Below, one piece after another: positions 29,860-38,415 of a stretch of DNA of 64,000 nt (position 1 is the stretch's first letter; every line of letters begins with the position of its first letter). A program made the position numbers and the translations under genes. Below the pieces are notes generated by a model, which was not told the DNA's origin, did not search any database, and was given only the letters and a program-made list of their open reading frames with translations. Source of the DNA: Bacteroidales bacterium (GTDB taxonomy: Bacteria > Bacteroidota > Bacteroidia > Bacteroidales > GCA-2748055); NCBI GenBank assembly GCA_030673645.1, contig DAOVIO010000006.1, forward strand, positions 5,027-69,026, given 5' to 3'.

Positions 29860-30047
29860 AGAGGCTGTATAAAAAGTCAGATTCTATTAAAATCAACTTA
29901 CAATTTGACACCTCACATAATTTACCCCCCTAAATCCCCCCTAAAGGAGGGACTTTAGAGAGCAAAACCTATCCTTAAGCGATGATTTATTAGTTGATGC
30001 AATCTGTAAGTTCAAACTTTTCGTATTGTACTTTTGAGACAGCCTCT
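29860..30047. repeat. ~190-bp inverted-repeat-bounded intergenic element (E5), MITE-like or structured RNA
   Basis: 18-nt terminal inverted repeats agaggctgtataaaaagt (29860-29877) and acttttgagacagcctct (30030-30047), 16/18 complementary. An inner second inverted pair contains aacttaca/tgtaagtt. The centre holds a tandem cccccctaaa x2 (29925-29945) followed by ggaggga. Confidence 0.55.
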
Positions 30048-31103
30048 TTATCTTCTTCTATAAAACTCCGACAAATTAGTACTCATAGAAAAATGGTTTG
30101 AGGCTCCTGCCAAATGATAAGTGGCACGTCCATAGCTAAAATGAAATTTTGACACTTTAAGTCCAAATCCCCAGGAGAAACCTACCATGGCAGGATAATT
30201 ACTTAATTTTAATTCTTGTCTACGCTGGTAATTATATCCAAAGGCTGTATAAAAATTCTTTCCAGGTATAAATTCAAATCCTATTATTGCATGGCGCAAC
30301 ATATTATCCCCAAAATCACCAATCTTCCCTGATGTGGTTACCAATTCTTCCTCATTAAGAAGATTATCGCTTTCATCTAAATCTGACTCATACTGAAGAT
30401 TCCATTTCTGCAAGTGCTGCAAAGTCAGGGATAAACGAAAAGGTGCATGAGCCAATTTTTGCGAAATCCCAGCCTGAATTTCAAAAGGTACCGGTTCCCT
30501 TTCCCCTCCACTATAGTACTTGGTAATTTGGGTCCCCATATTTTTCAGCACAAGAGAAGCGGAGAAAAGCTTAACAGGATTATAATAATTAACACCAACA
30601 TCAGCAACAAGTCCTAAAGACTGATAACTTTCAAAAGAAGTATAAACAGGTTTGATATTTGCTCCAATAGTCAGAAAAGAGTCTATTCGTCTACTATATA
30701 TGAGGTTAAGAACATATTCTGCTGCATTGAAAGTACCAGAACGATCTCCAAAAATATCGGCATGCTGAAATTCGCCATAATTCATATAATGCAATCCTAT
30801 AGCAAAATTCCCAATGCTATCGTAATCTTTCGCATAACTAACATAACCATATTTTATATCAGAAAAATAACCTACATAATTCATAACCAAGTGATTATTC
30901 TGTTCGGAAGATAAAAGAGAAGGATTATGGAAAGGCATATTCAAATCGCCATCGGCAATACTTACCGATTTACCTCCTAATGCTGCTACTCTGGCAGAAT
31001 TTGTCTGATTCAGAAATGCATAAGTATAGGTTCCCCCTATCTGCGAAAAAATATTTCCACTAAAAAAGAAACAGAAAATCAGAATCAGGCTTACTCTATA
31101 CAT
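30048..31103 (-). CDS. porQ: type IX secretion system outer-membrane protein, PorQ-like
   Basis: Signal peptide, then GGTYTYAFLNQTNSARVAALGG... and a beta-barrel-like repeat pattern ending in an aromatic-rich C-terminus. From memory, porQ-cmk-ispH adjacency is known in Porphyromonas. ATG at 31103 preferred over the TTG at 31106. Confidence 0.65.
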   Translation of the reverse strand: MYRVSLILIFCFFFSGNIFSQIGGTYTYAFLNQTNSARVAALGGKSVSIADGDLNMPFHNPSLLSSEQNNHLVMNYVGYFSDIKYGYVSYAKDYDSIGNFAIGLHYMNYGEFQHADIFGDRSGTFNAAEYVLNLIYSRRIDSFLTIGANIKPVYTSFESYQSLGLVADVGVNYYNPVKLFSASLVLKNMGTQITKYYSGGEREPVPFEIQAGISQKLAHAPFRLSLTLQHLQKWNLQYESDLDESDNLLNEEELVTTSGKIGDFGDNMLRHAIIGFEFIPGKNFYTAFGYNYQRRQELKLSNYPAMVGFSWGFGLKVSKFHFSYGRATYHLAGASNHFSMSTNLSEFYRRR

Positions 31104-31193
31104 CAAATATTATTTAACTTGATAAACGTATAAATTTTTCTGTTAGTGTACAAGAGTTAATTTGGAATAGTGAATTGATTTAGAAAAGGATAA

Positions 31194-31763
31194 TCATCCT
31201 CCTGAAGATTTAAATCCCACTTTAGGGCGATTTTTAAATTTCAGTTCTTCTTGCTTTACTTTTTCAAGCTGTTTAATATAATTGAAAATAAGTTTAATTT
31301 TCTCATCCTGCTCAATATCCTTACGCTCGATTTGTTCAAGTTTTTGTAGTATTTCTTTATGAGAAGACAGAAGTTCTCTCATCTTTGTAAAGACGCGAAT
31401 AATCTGAATATTTACCTTAATGGCTCTATTGCTATTTAATACACTAGATAACATCAGAACACCATGCTCTGTGAAAGCCATGGGAGCATACCTGATTCCG
31501 CCCCAACTTGAGGTGCCAAATTGGCTCCTCAAGCCTTCAAATTCTTTATGATTTAAGTCAAACATAAAGTCAATTGGAAAACGTGAAATGTTTCTCCTAA
31601 CTGCCCTTTTAAGCTGCTTTGTTTCAATATTATATAACTCAGCAATATCTTTATCAAGAATAACATTTTTGTCTCGTATCCGATATATTTTTTGTGTAAT
31701 TATTTTATCCGGAATCAAACCAGAATCTTCTACAGAACCCATAATATTATATTTTGTTGACAT
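31194..31763 (-). CDS. ORF6N domain-containing protein (KilA-N-like DNA-binding)
   Basis: IYRIRDKNVILDKDIAELYNIETKQLKRAVRRNISRFPIDFMF...GGIRYAPMAFTEHGVLMLSSVLNS is the ORF6N signature, followed by a coiled-coil tail. ATG at 31763 preferred, because the longer ORF in the track starts with TTG. Confidence 0.8.
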   Translation of the reverse strand: MSTKYNIMGSVEDSGLIPDKIITQKIYRIRDKNVILDKDIAELYNIETKQLKRAVRRNISRFPIDFMFDLNHKEFEGLRSQFGTSSWGGIRYAPMAFTEHGVLMLSSVLNSNRAIKVNIQIIRVFTKMRELLSSHKEILQKLEQIERKDIEQDEKIKLIFNYIKQLEKVKQEELKFKNRPKVGFKSSGG

Positions 31764-31837
31764 TTCGCTTATACTACTTAATGTAAAAAAGTGAAAAAAA
31801 AACGATCCTGGAATGGAGAAAATAAATAAAAATTTTC

Positions 31838-32866
31838 TCAATAGTCGGAAAGAACCCAGGCTCTGAAAACTGAATTTTGAGCAGAATCCATTTCTGAATA
31901 TGAATCAAATTCAGTCAATGACCTCGAAACCCCCACCCTCTCCCCATCTATCGCATTGCACATTTGCTCAAAATGATTCTTGCATGGAAGTGTATAAACC
32001 ATTTTTCCAAGAAAGGCAGCTTCGCATTGCGACTCAAATCCTGCGGTGGTGATTAGAGAGTTGCATCTGGATAACTCATGTAGGAAACTTTCCTGATTAA
32101 GTCCGAATACCAACATATTGTCTAAAACAGAAAGAGCCTCTGGTTTCCTGTCCATGAATATTTTAAAAGAAATTTCCGGATATTTAATTGCCAGCTTGAA
32201 TATTTCCTTAATCCATCCACTGTTTAACAGATATACCAATATAAAGTCGCCCTTTTCCGGCTCCATATTGAAAATAGCCTCTCTGAGCAATGGTGGAATG
32301 ATTTTGATTTTACTATTATACTGATTTGGATGCGTATCAAAAGAAAGAGCCCGGATCTCGGAACTTCCCAGACTGCAAATTCCTGAATGCAGTTTTAAGA
32401 AGAATTTATTGAGAAAATATCCTTTGGGGAATTTAAAATATGAGCTTCCGAGAAAATACTGGTGTGAGATAGTAATGATTTTCTTTTTTGAGAAACTCAG
32501 GGCGCCTGACAATCCTCCAATCATATCGTAGAAATTCACGATGTAATCGTAGTCTTTTTTCCTGATTTCACATCTTAGTAAAAAGATACTGTGAATAAAA
32601 ACAGGAAACAGTAATATATTGTACAGTATGGACAATCCTGGTTTTATCCCTTTTTTATCTGGTGTTTTGAGAAAATTGGGACTTCTGAATGTTGCAAGTT
32701 TGTTTCCAAATACTTCTTTTGCATAATTTGGAATAGTTCTTTCAGGACTTGTTCCGATAAAAGCTTTTTCCACATGATGTCCATCCTTTTCGAGCTTTTC
32801 TTTAAGTGCAATTGCCTGAGAAAGATGCCCTCTCCCTTCGCCTTGTATGATGAAAAGGTAGTTCAT
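31838..32866 (-). CDS. glycosyltransferase (GT-B, MJ1255/UDP-glycosyltransferase-like)
   Basis: N-terminus MNYLFIIQGEGRGHLSQAIAL is typical of this widespread Bacteroidota GT family. C-terminal TTAGFES motif. Confidence 0.7.
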   Translation of the reverse strand: MNYLFIIQGEGRGHLSQAIALKEKLEKDGHHVEKAFIGTSPERTIPNYAKEVFGNKLATFRSPNFLKTPDKKGIKPGLSILYNILLFPVFIHSIFLLRCEIRKKDYDYIVNFYDMIGGLSGALSFSKKKIITISHQYFLGSSYFKFPKGYFLNKFFLKLHSGICSLGSSEIRALSFDTHPNQYNSKIKIIPPLLREAIFNMEPEKGDFILVYLLNSGWIKEIFKLAIKYPEISFKIFMDRKPEALSVLDNMLVFGLNQESFLHELSRCNSLITTAGFESQCEAAFLGKMVYTLPCKNHFEQMCNAIDGERVGVSRSLTEFDSYSEMDSAQNSVFRAWVLSDY

Positions 32867-32875
32867 TGATTAAAA

Positions 32876-33571
32876 CTAAATAATTGGAAACTCTTTGTAT
32901 ATTCTTAAAAGCCCGATTGTTTCGGATCTCATTTTAGATTGAACAAATTTTTTCATTTTACTATCCATCAACTCTCCTAAACCTTGCAATAATCCCTTTT
33001 CACTTACCGATTCCAGTTTCTCTATGCAGACTTGGACATACTCGCTGAAAGTCATACTCATCCGGGATTCAACAATGTCAATATTTATAGGAGTTTGTTT
33101 TTGCAAAAAGAACCAAGAATCAAAAACATCTCTGTTAGCTATTGAATTCCGATCGAGGAGAGCGCATAATTTGTGTGCAAACATATCTTCCTGCACCATT
33201 ACTTTCATATTGATACCAAGTAAATTTTTTATCTCATATTTATTTTCAAATTGGCGACTCGAAATTTCCACCTTTAATTTTCGTTCCTTATAACCATAGT
33301 CCAAAACAATTAAAGGTCCATAATACTTTTTTGCTTCATCAAATATTTTTCCATATTTGAGAAGTATGTTACGGACTTTTTCATAAACGATATCTTCTTT
33401 ACTTTTATCAATCAGATTAAAATCTAAATCGACAGAGAACCGAGGCAATTCATAGAAAAACATTAATGCTGTACCTCCTTTGAATCCAAGCCAACTAGCC
33501 AATTCAATATCTGTATAAATATCTTTTAGAAGTTGAACCAGAAAGAATCTATGTCTGTTAATATCCATCAT
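32876..33571 (-). CDS. abiEii: nucleotidyltransferase AbiEii/AbiGii-family toxin
   Basis: FKGGTALMFFYELPRFSVDLDFNL matches the AbiEii NTase motif (GG..L....R.S.DLDF). Its start overlaps the upstream antitoxin-like gene by 14 nt. Confidence 0.8.
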   Translation of the reverse strand: MMDINRHRFFLVQLLKDIYTDIELASWLGFKGGTALMFFYELPRFSVDLDFNLIDKSKEDIVYEKVRNILLKYGKIFDEAKKYYGPLIVLDYGYKERKLKVEISSRQFENKYEIKNLLGINMKVMVQEDMFAHKLCALLDRNSIANRDVFDSWFFLQKQTPINIDIVESRMSMTFSEYVQVCIEKLESVSEKGLLQGLGELMDSKMKKFVQSKMRSETIGLLRIYKEFPII

Positions 33572-34151
33572 TTTTCAAGAGTTTATTTACCCTTTCAATT
33601 AAAGCCTTCGATTGATATAGAGGCAATAATTTATAAACAAGTGTTTTGTTTAGCGGATTGAGATTATCAAAATAATAATTGCCGTTCAGGTATAGCATAT
33701 CCAAAAATGCCCTTTCGGCAGAAGCTATATTAACATGATTTTCTTCTCTTTCGATTCCACCGCTATTAACTAATATCATTCCCTTGATTTTACGAAACTG
33801 GTAAATCTGCTCTGATACAATAATGCTTCTACTGAGATAACTAACTACAGTAATACCTGAATCGTATTGAAATATTATACCTGAAATTCTTAATACATAT
33901 TCAAGGGAGATATATGCCGGCGAGTATATGCTACATGCTAATTCTTCAGGATTATAATTTGTTTTGGCATAAATCCCTTTACGCGGGTTCTGCAGCTTTT
34001 TTGTACGAACATAGTAGTTCAGTTTTTTATTAAGCGACTGAAAGTCTGTCTCTCCCACCAGCATAGCAATATCTATCAAACGAAATACAGTTCGAATGTC
34101 CTTATAAATTTCTAAAACAACATTATTGTTATTTTTCTGAGACCTATACAT
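33558..34151 (-). CDS. abiEi: AbiEi-family antitoxin-like protein
   Basis: 197 aa directly upstream of and overlapping abiEii. N-terminal wHTH-like region (FRLIDIAMLVGE...LNYYVRTKKLQNPRKGIY) and C-terminal AERAFLDMLY motif. Confidence 0.65.
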   Translation of the reverse strand: MYRSQKNNNNVVLEIYKDIRTVFRLIDIAMLVGETDFQSLNKKLNYYVRTKKLQNPRKGIYAKTNYNPEELACSIYSPAYISLEYVLRISGIIFQYDSGITVVSYLSRSIIVSEQIYQFRKIKGMILVNSGGIEREENHVNIASAERAFLDMLYLNGNYYFDNLNPLNKTLVYKLLPLYQSKALIERVNKLLKNDGY

Positions 34152-34176
34152 GCTATTTTTTCGTATTTCCAGTTCA

Positions 34177-34184
34177 CAAATATA
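34177..34184 (-). promoter_or_regulatory. candidate -7 promoter box (TATATTTG on minus strand) for abiEi-abiEii
   Basis: TAnnTTTG match about 25 nt upstream of the abiEi ATG. Confidence 0.45.
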
Positions 34185-34280
34185 TCAATAATTAATTGCT
34201 TTTCAAAGAAATACTCATAATTATGGTTCATCATCAACTTATAATCTCCTTGAATTTCAGTTTGATATGTAATAATATTT

Positions 34281-34369
34281 GGTTGAAAGGGGGTGCCTAT
34301 TTGGAAATATTGATTTTACTATAGACCAGCACTCTTCAATCCTTCAGCTAGCTCAAGGCGGCGGCTGGC
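34281..34369. repeat. GC-rich intergenic element (E6)
   Basis: ggttgaaagggggtgcc, then gaccagcactcttcaatccttcagctagctcaaggcggcggctggc (34324-34369). The latter is homologous to the E1 module and contains the near-palindrome CCTTcAGCTAGCTcAAGG. It abuts the ykgJ stop. Confidence 0.6.
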
Positions 34370-34371
34370 AT

Positions 34372-34860
34372 CTATTTAAATTCTTCCCTCAACCCCTTAA
34401 CTACCTCAAAAACCGCCAGACAGGTATAAGTATTCTTAAGTGTCAGATCGAGTATCTGAACAAATCGTTTCCTATTGGTGTGTGGATATTCTTTACAGGC
34501 ACGGGGACGAAGTTCATAAATTTTACAATAATTATCCTGCATCAGGAAAGGACAAGGGGTTTCTTTAAATACATAATCATCATCCTTATCAAGGTAGAGA
34601 TATTTACTGACAAATTCGGAGGGTTTCATTCTCAAATGTGAAGCAATTCTTTGAATGTCTTTATCAATAAGAAACGGACTAATCGTTTTGCAGCAATTAG
34701 CGCAAGACAAACAATCAATGTTTTCAAAGGCCTTCTCATGAAGGTCTCTGGCAATTTTATCCAGATTTTTTGGTCTCTTCTTTTTTATTTTCTGAAGGAG
34801 AGATTTATTCTCTTTGTTCTTTTCATCTGCTAATTTTTTCAGTTTTTCTGGTTCAATCAT
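34372..34860 (-). CDS. YkgJ-family cysteine-cluster protein (UPF0153)
   Basis: CLSCANCCKT ... CPFL ... CKIYELRPRACKEYP cysteine pattern. Confidence 0.8.
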   Translation of the reverse strand: MIEPEKLKKLADEKNKENKSLLQKIKKKRPKNLDKIARDLHEKAFENIDCLSCANCCKTISPFLIDKDIQRIASHLRMKPSEFVSKYLYLDKDDDYVFKETPCPFLMQDNYCKIYELRPRACKEYPHTNRKRFVQILDLTLKNTYTCLAVFEVVKGLREEFK

Positions 34861-34863
34861 AGA

Positions 34864-35790
34864 TCAAATGGCTATGTTTTCCGGAATTGTTTCTCTCTTA
34901 CTTTTCCGCTTAATTGATTTTAACTGAGATAAGATCAGGCCTATTAGAACTATAGCAATACCAAGAATTTTTAAAATTGGCATTTCCTCTTTTAATAAAA
35001 GAAAAGATGCAATAGCCGTAAATACAGGAATCAGATTTGCGAAAATATTAGCTTTTGCAGCTCCAAGTTCTCTTACTGCTCTTGTAAAAATAATGAATGT
35101 TACTGATGATCCAAAAATAGCAAGATAAAGAACAGCATATATCGAATTTGTAGTTGGTACAGTATTCATAAGATCTTTAAGGTCCCAAATGAGAAATATC
35201 GGCAAAAACATAAATAATCCAAAAAAGTTCTGCCAGATGGTTATGGTGAAACCATTATATGAGCTGGAAAGTTTTTTAGCAAGTAAAGTATAGGCTGAAG
35301 CTGCCAAAACGGCCAGAAACATTAATAGTATTCCTTTTAGGGTTGCCGCCCATTCTGCATCGACAGCCAAAACTACAGCAATAACTCCAAGTGTTGAAAC
35401 TAGTAAACCAAAAATATTCAGACGGCTTAATCGCTCTGAAAAGATAAAATATGCAGCGATAGGAACAACAAGTGGAATAGTAGCTATCATAACAGATGCA
35501 AGAGTTGAAGAAACATATTGTAGTCCGAAACTTTCTCCAAGAAAATATAAAAAGGGCTCAAAAAATGCCATTAATAACAGGTATTTATAATCCTCTTTTT
35601 TTACTTTTTGAAGTTTTTTCAGAAGTTTAGCAGCCAGATAAATAAATATAACTGAAATGATAAGACGCATCATAACGATGCTGATCGGCTTGAATGATTC
35701 GAAGGCAATCTTGAAAAATACAAAAGTTAGGCCCCATAGGAACATTACCAAAACAAGACCAAGATATAAGGAAAAGTTTTTTGATTTCAT
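34864..35790 (-). CDS. DMT-superfamily (EamA) transporter
   Basis: 10-TM protein built from two EamA-like halves; 308 aa. Confidence 0.85.
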   Translation of the reverse strand: MKSKNFSLYLGLVLVMFLWGLTFVFFKIAFESFKPISIVMMRLIISVIFIYLAAKLLKKLQKVKKEDYKYLLLMAFFEPFLYFLGESFGLQYVSSTLASVMIATIPLVVPIAAYFIFSERLSRLNIFGLLVSTLGVIAVVLAVDAEWAATLKGILLMFLAVLAASAYTLLAKKLSSSYNGFTITIWQNFFGLFMFLPIFLIWDLKDLMNTVPTTNSIYAVLYLAIFGSSVTFIIFTRAVRELGAAKANIFANLIPVFTAIASFLLLKEEMPILKILGIAIVLIGLILSQLKSIKRKSKRETIPENIAI

Positions 35791-35956
35791 AGATTGAAAA
35801 TAGGCTCAAAAGTAGAAAAAATGAATGAATAATAATATAATCATATCTTTTTCAGAGAATTTGAATTACTTCAATCTTAGATTAAACCTTTCTAGTGTAC
35901 TTACATCTAATTTGTGGAATTAAAATAACATATTTAAAACTTAAAATATATTAATC

Positions 35957-36802
35957 ATGAAAACAAAAAATTTGCTTTACACTCTAGCAATATTTGCAAT
36001 CGTTTCAATAATCATCTCTTCATGTGAAAAAAATAGTGATGAGTCCCTCGAAATTGAAATTGCTAAGGATGAAGCATTAAGTGCTTCCTTATTTGATGAT
36101 GTATTTGTTGAAGTGGAGAATGCTATGGAGAATATGGAATATAGGATTTACGATGGCATAAAAAAGTCTGCATCAGATGTTGTTTGTAAAACAATAACTA
36201 TTGAGCATCCCAATGACAGTACTCTATGGCCAAGAACAGTTATTATTGACTATGGTGAAGGTTGTGTGGGGCCGAATGGTCGTGAAAGAAAAGGTAAGAT
36301 AATAATTGTAGTATACAAGCATTATTTAAATGCAGAATATTTCCGCACAGTAACTTTCGATAATTATTATGTAAACGGAAATAAGATTGAAGGAATAAAA
36401 ACTGTTATTAATAAGGGTTTCAATGACAGTCGGAATATGTACTTTTCTCATAGTCTTTCTGAAGGAAAAGTTATTACACCTGAGGGGCTGGAACTTTCAA
36501 AGGAGTATAACAGAATAAGTGAGTTTGTTACCGGAATAAATACACCAAGGTTCAGGGGTGATGACGAATACATGATTACAGGAGCAGCCTCAGGTGTCAA
36601 TCGTGATTTGGTTTCTTATACCCGTACAATTATAGAACCATTACATGTTGCATCTTCCTGCAAATGGATACTATCTGGTACTGTTGAAATAGTTGCTGAA
36701 GAACAAGAAACAGCTATTATTGACTATGGAGATGATACTTGTGATGATAAGGCTACAGTAACTATTGGAAGTACAAGATTGGAAATCAATATTCGTCTGT
36801 AA
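35957..36802 (+). CDS. hypothetical lipoprotein
   Basis: Signal peptide with lipobox IIISSC. No recognisable family. Confidence 0.55.
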   Translation: MKTKNLLYTLAIFAIVSIIISSCEKNSDESLEIEIAKDEALSASLFDDVFVEVENAMENMEYRIYDGIKKSASDVVCKTITIEHPNDSTLWPRTVIIDYGEGCVGPNGRERKGKIIIVVYKHYLNAEYFRTVTFDNYYVNGNKIEGIKTVINKGFNDSRNMYFSHSLSEGKVITPEGLELSKEYNRISEFVTGINTPRFRGDDEYMITGAASGVNRDLVSYTRTIIEPLHVASSCKWILSGTVEIVAEEQETAIIDYGDDTCDDKATVTIGSTRLEINIRL

Positions 36803-36803
36803 T

Positions 36804-36832
36804 TATCAGATAATATATTTCTGATTTTTTTT
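36804..36832 (+). terminator. weak intrinsic terminator
   Basis: tatcaga-taatatatt-tctgat hairpin followed by a T8 run, directly after the stop at 36802. The stem is AT-rich. Confidence 0.4.
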
Positions 36833-37025
36833 AGAAAATCAAACTAGGGTCATGGACATTTTGTTCAAGACTTTTTTTTAGAAAAGATGATTTATAAAAC
36901 GGGATTCTTTTAAAATAACTTACGAGAGAGTTTTCAAAATAAAGCTTATTACCACAAAGGATTTCACTGGCTGAACACTCTTCGCTTCCATTTTATTGTT
37001 TAGTGATATATTCATAATATTTTAA

Positions 37026-38258
37026 CTAAAATAGATCGATAATACCAACTATTCCAGCATAAGACATTAAAAGTGTGAAGCCCAGAATAATACTTATTAT
37101 AATATTCTTTGCTAAGCTTATCTTATAATCACCCATAATATTCTTACTATTTAATAAACGTAATAAATAGAAAAGTATAACAGGTGTTGCTAATATGGTT
37201 AATGCTTGCGAAACGATCATTACCAGAACAGGTCTGCCGCCGAAGATAGGTACAACCAGACCAAGTAGAAGTCCGAATAAAACTAATAATCTGGAGTTAG
37301 TACTCTTCATATTTCTGGGTTTACCGTTATAGTCGGCAAAAAGCCAGGGAGCCAGTAACACTATGGGTAATAATGAGGACAATCCGGCACTTACTATTCC
37401 AACTACAAATATCGAAGTAGCAAACCTACCTGCGAGGGGTTCAATTAAGTTCACCATGTCTATGGCATTATCAACCCTTAATCCCCTTACGTACATTGTT
37501 CCGGCAGCAGAGATCATAATAGCTACACTAAGAACAAACATTAATATTGCAGATATTTTTGCATCACGTTTCTCAATTTTAAGATCTTTGATTGTCCAGC
37601 CCTTTTCCTGTACAAGTATAGATCTGACAACAAATAATATTCCTCCCATGGTTGTACCTACCATTCCAGACATAATCAAAAATGAGTTTTTTCCTCCAAC
37701 AATTTTTGGAACCAGCCCATGAAAAATTGAAGCAGGATCAGGATCGACCATGAACATGGTTAATATAAAACTAAGTCCCATTATGGTGACAAAAAAAGTT
37801 AATATTTTTTCAAAGAATCTGTGGCGACCCTGCCAGAAAATATAATACAATATTGATCCAAAAATTAGGGCCATTATTATTGGATTAAATCCATTCCCAG
37901 ACTTGGTTAGTGGTCGTGACCATTCCTGAACAACCTGAGTTACAATACCCATTAACCCCATTGAAGAGATCCATTCACTTATTAGAAGTGCAACGAGTAC
38001 AAAAAGGGCTACTGCTTTACCATAATGCTTTTTATAACTAAATAAAATTGTGTCGCCTGTTAGCATGGTATATTCACCAAAACTGACAATAAGGTAATAG
38101 GTAAAAACACAGGATAATAGTAGTGGCCACATTAATGCCATACCATATTCAGCTCCGGCTGAAGCCATGGTTGTAATACTCCCGGTTCCAATATTATATC
38201 CTATAAGAAAAACTCCGGGGGCAATAGAAGCCAGAAAAAGTCCAATTTTTTTTAACAT
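37026..38258 (-). CDS. NRAMP-family divalent metal (Mn2+/Fe2+) transporter
   Basis: 11-TM protein with N-terminal GPGVFLIGYNIGTGSITT motif region (DPGN-type position). Confidence 0.8.
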   Translation of the reverse strand: MLKKIGLFLASIAPGVFLIGYNIGTGSITTMASAGAEYGMALMWPLLLSCVFTYYLIVSFGEYTMLTGDTILFSYKKHYGKAVALFVLVALLISEWISSMGLMGIVTQVVQEWSRPLTKSGNGFNPIIMALIFGSILYYIFWQGRHRFFEKILTFFVTIMGLSFILTMFMVDPDPASIFHGLVPKIVGGKNSFLIMSGMVGTTMGGILFVVRSILVQEKGWTIKDLKIEKRDAKISAILMFVLSVAIMISAAGTMYVRGLRVDNAIDMVNLIEPLAGRFATSIFVVGIVSAGLSSLLPIVLLAPWLFADYNGKPRNMKSTNSRLLVLFGLLLGLVVPIFGGRPVLVMIVSQALTILATPVILFYLLRLLNSKNIMGDYKISLAKNIIISIILGFTLLMSYAGIVGIIDLF

Positions 38259-38316
38259 AATGCTTTCATATTTAAAAAATCTAATCTATAAAAAATAGTA
38301 TTCAAAAAACCACATT

Positions 38317-38375
38317 AAAAAAGAGCAGAATATTAATCCCGTTAGAGTCTATAAGAACGAAATAATATTCTGCTC
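38317..38375 (-). terminator. intrinsic terminator closing the glycan/phosphatase operon
   Basis: Perfect 13-bp inverted repeat gagcagaatatta (38323-38335) / taatattctgctc (38363-38375). On the minus strand it is followed by TTTTTT (38317-38322). Confidence 0.6.
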
Positions 38376-38415
38376 ATAAATCAACTACTAAGAAAAGTAA
38401 ACAACCAACAACTAT

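Noticed and set aside
34279-34641. 120-aa plus-strand ORF starting in the GC-rich element E6
   Set aside because: It is mostly antisense to the YkgJ cysteine-cluster gene, and its N-terminus is simply the translated repeat element.
38259-38415. Possible Mn2+ (yybP-ykoY) riboswitch upstream of the NRAMP transporter
   Set aside because: The only strong structure is a perfect 13-bp hairpin followed by T6 on the minus strand, which reads as the terminator of the upstream operon. No conserved riboswitch core sequences are recognisable.
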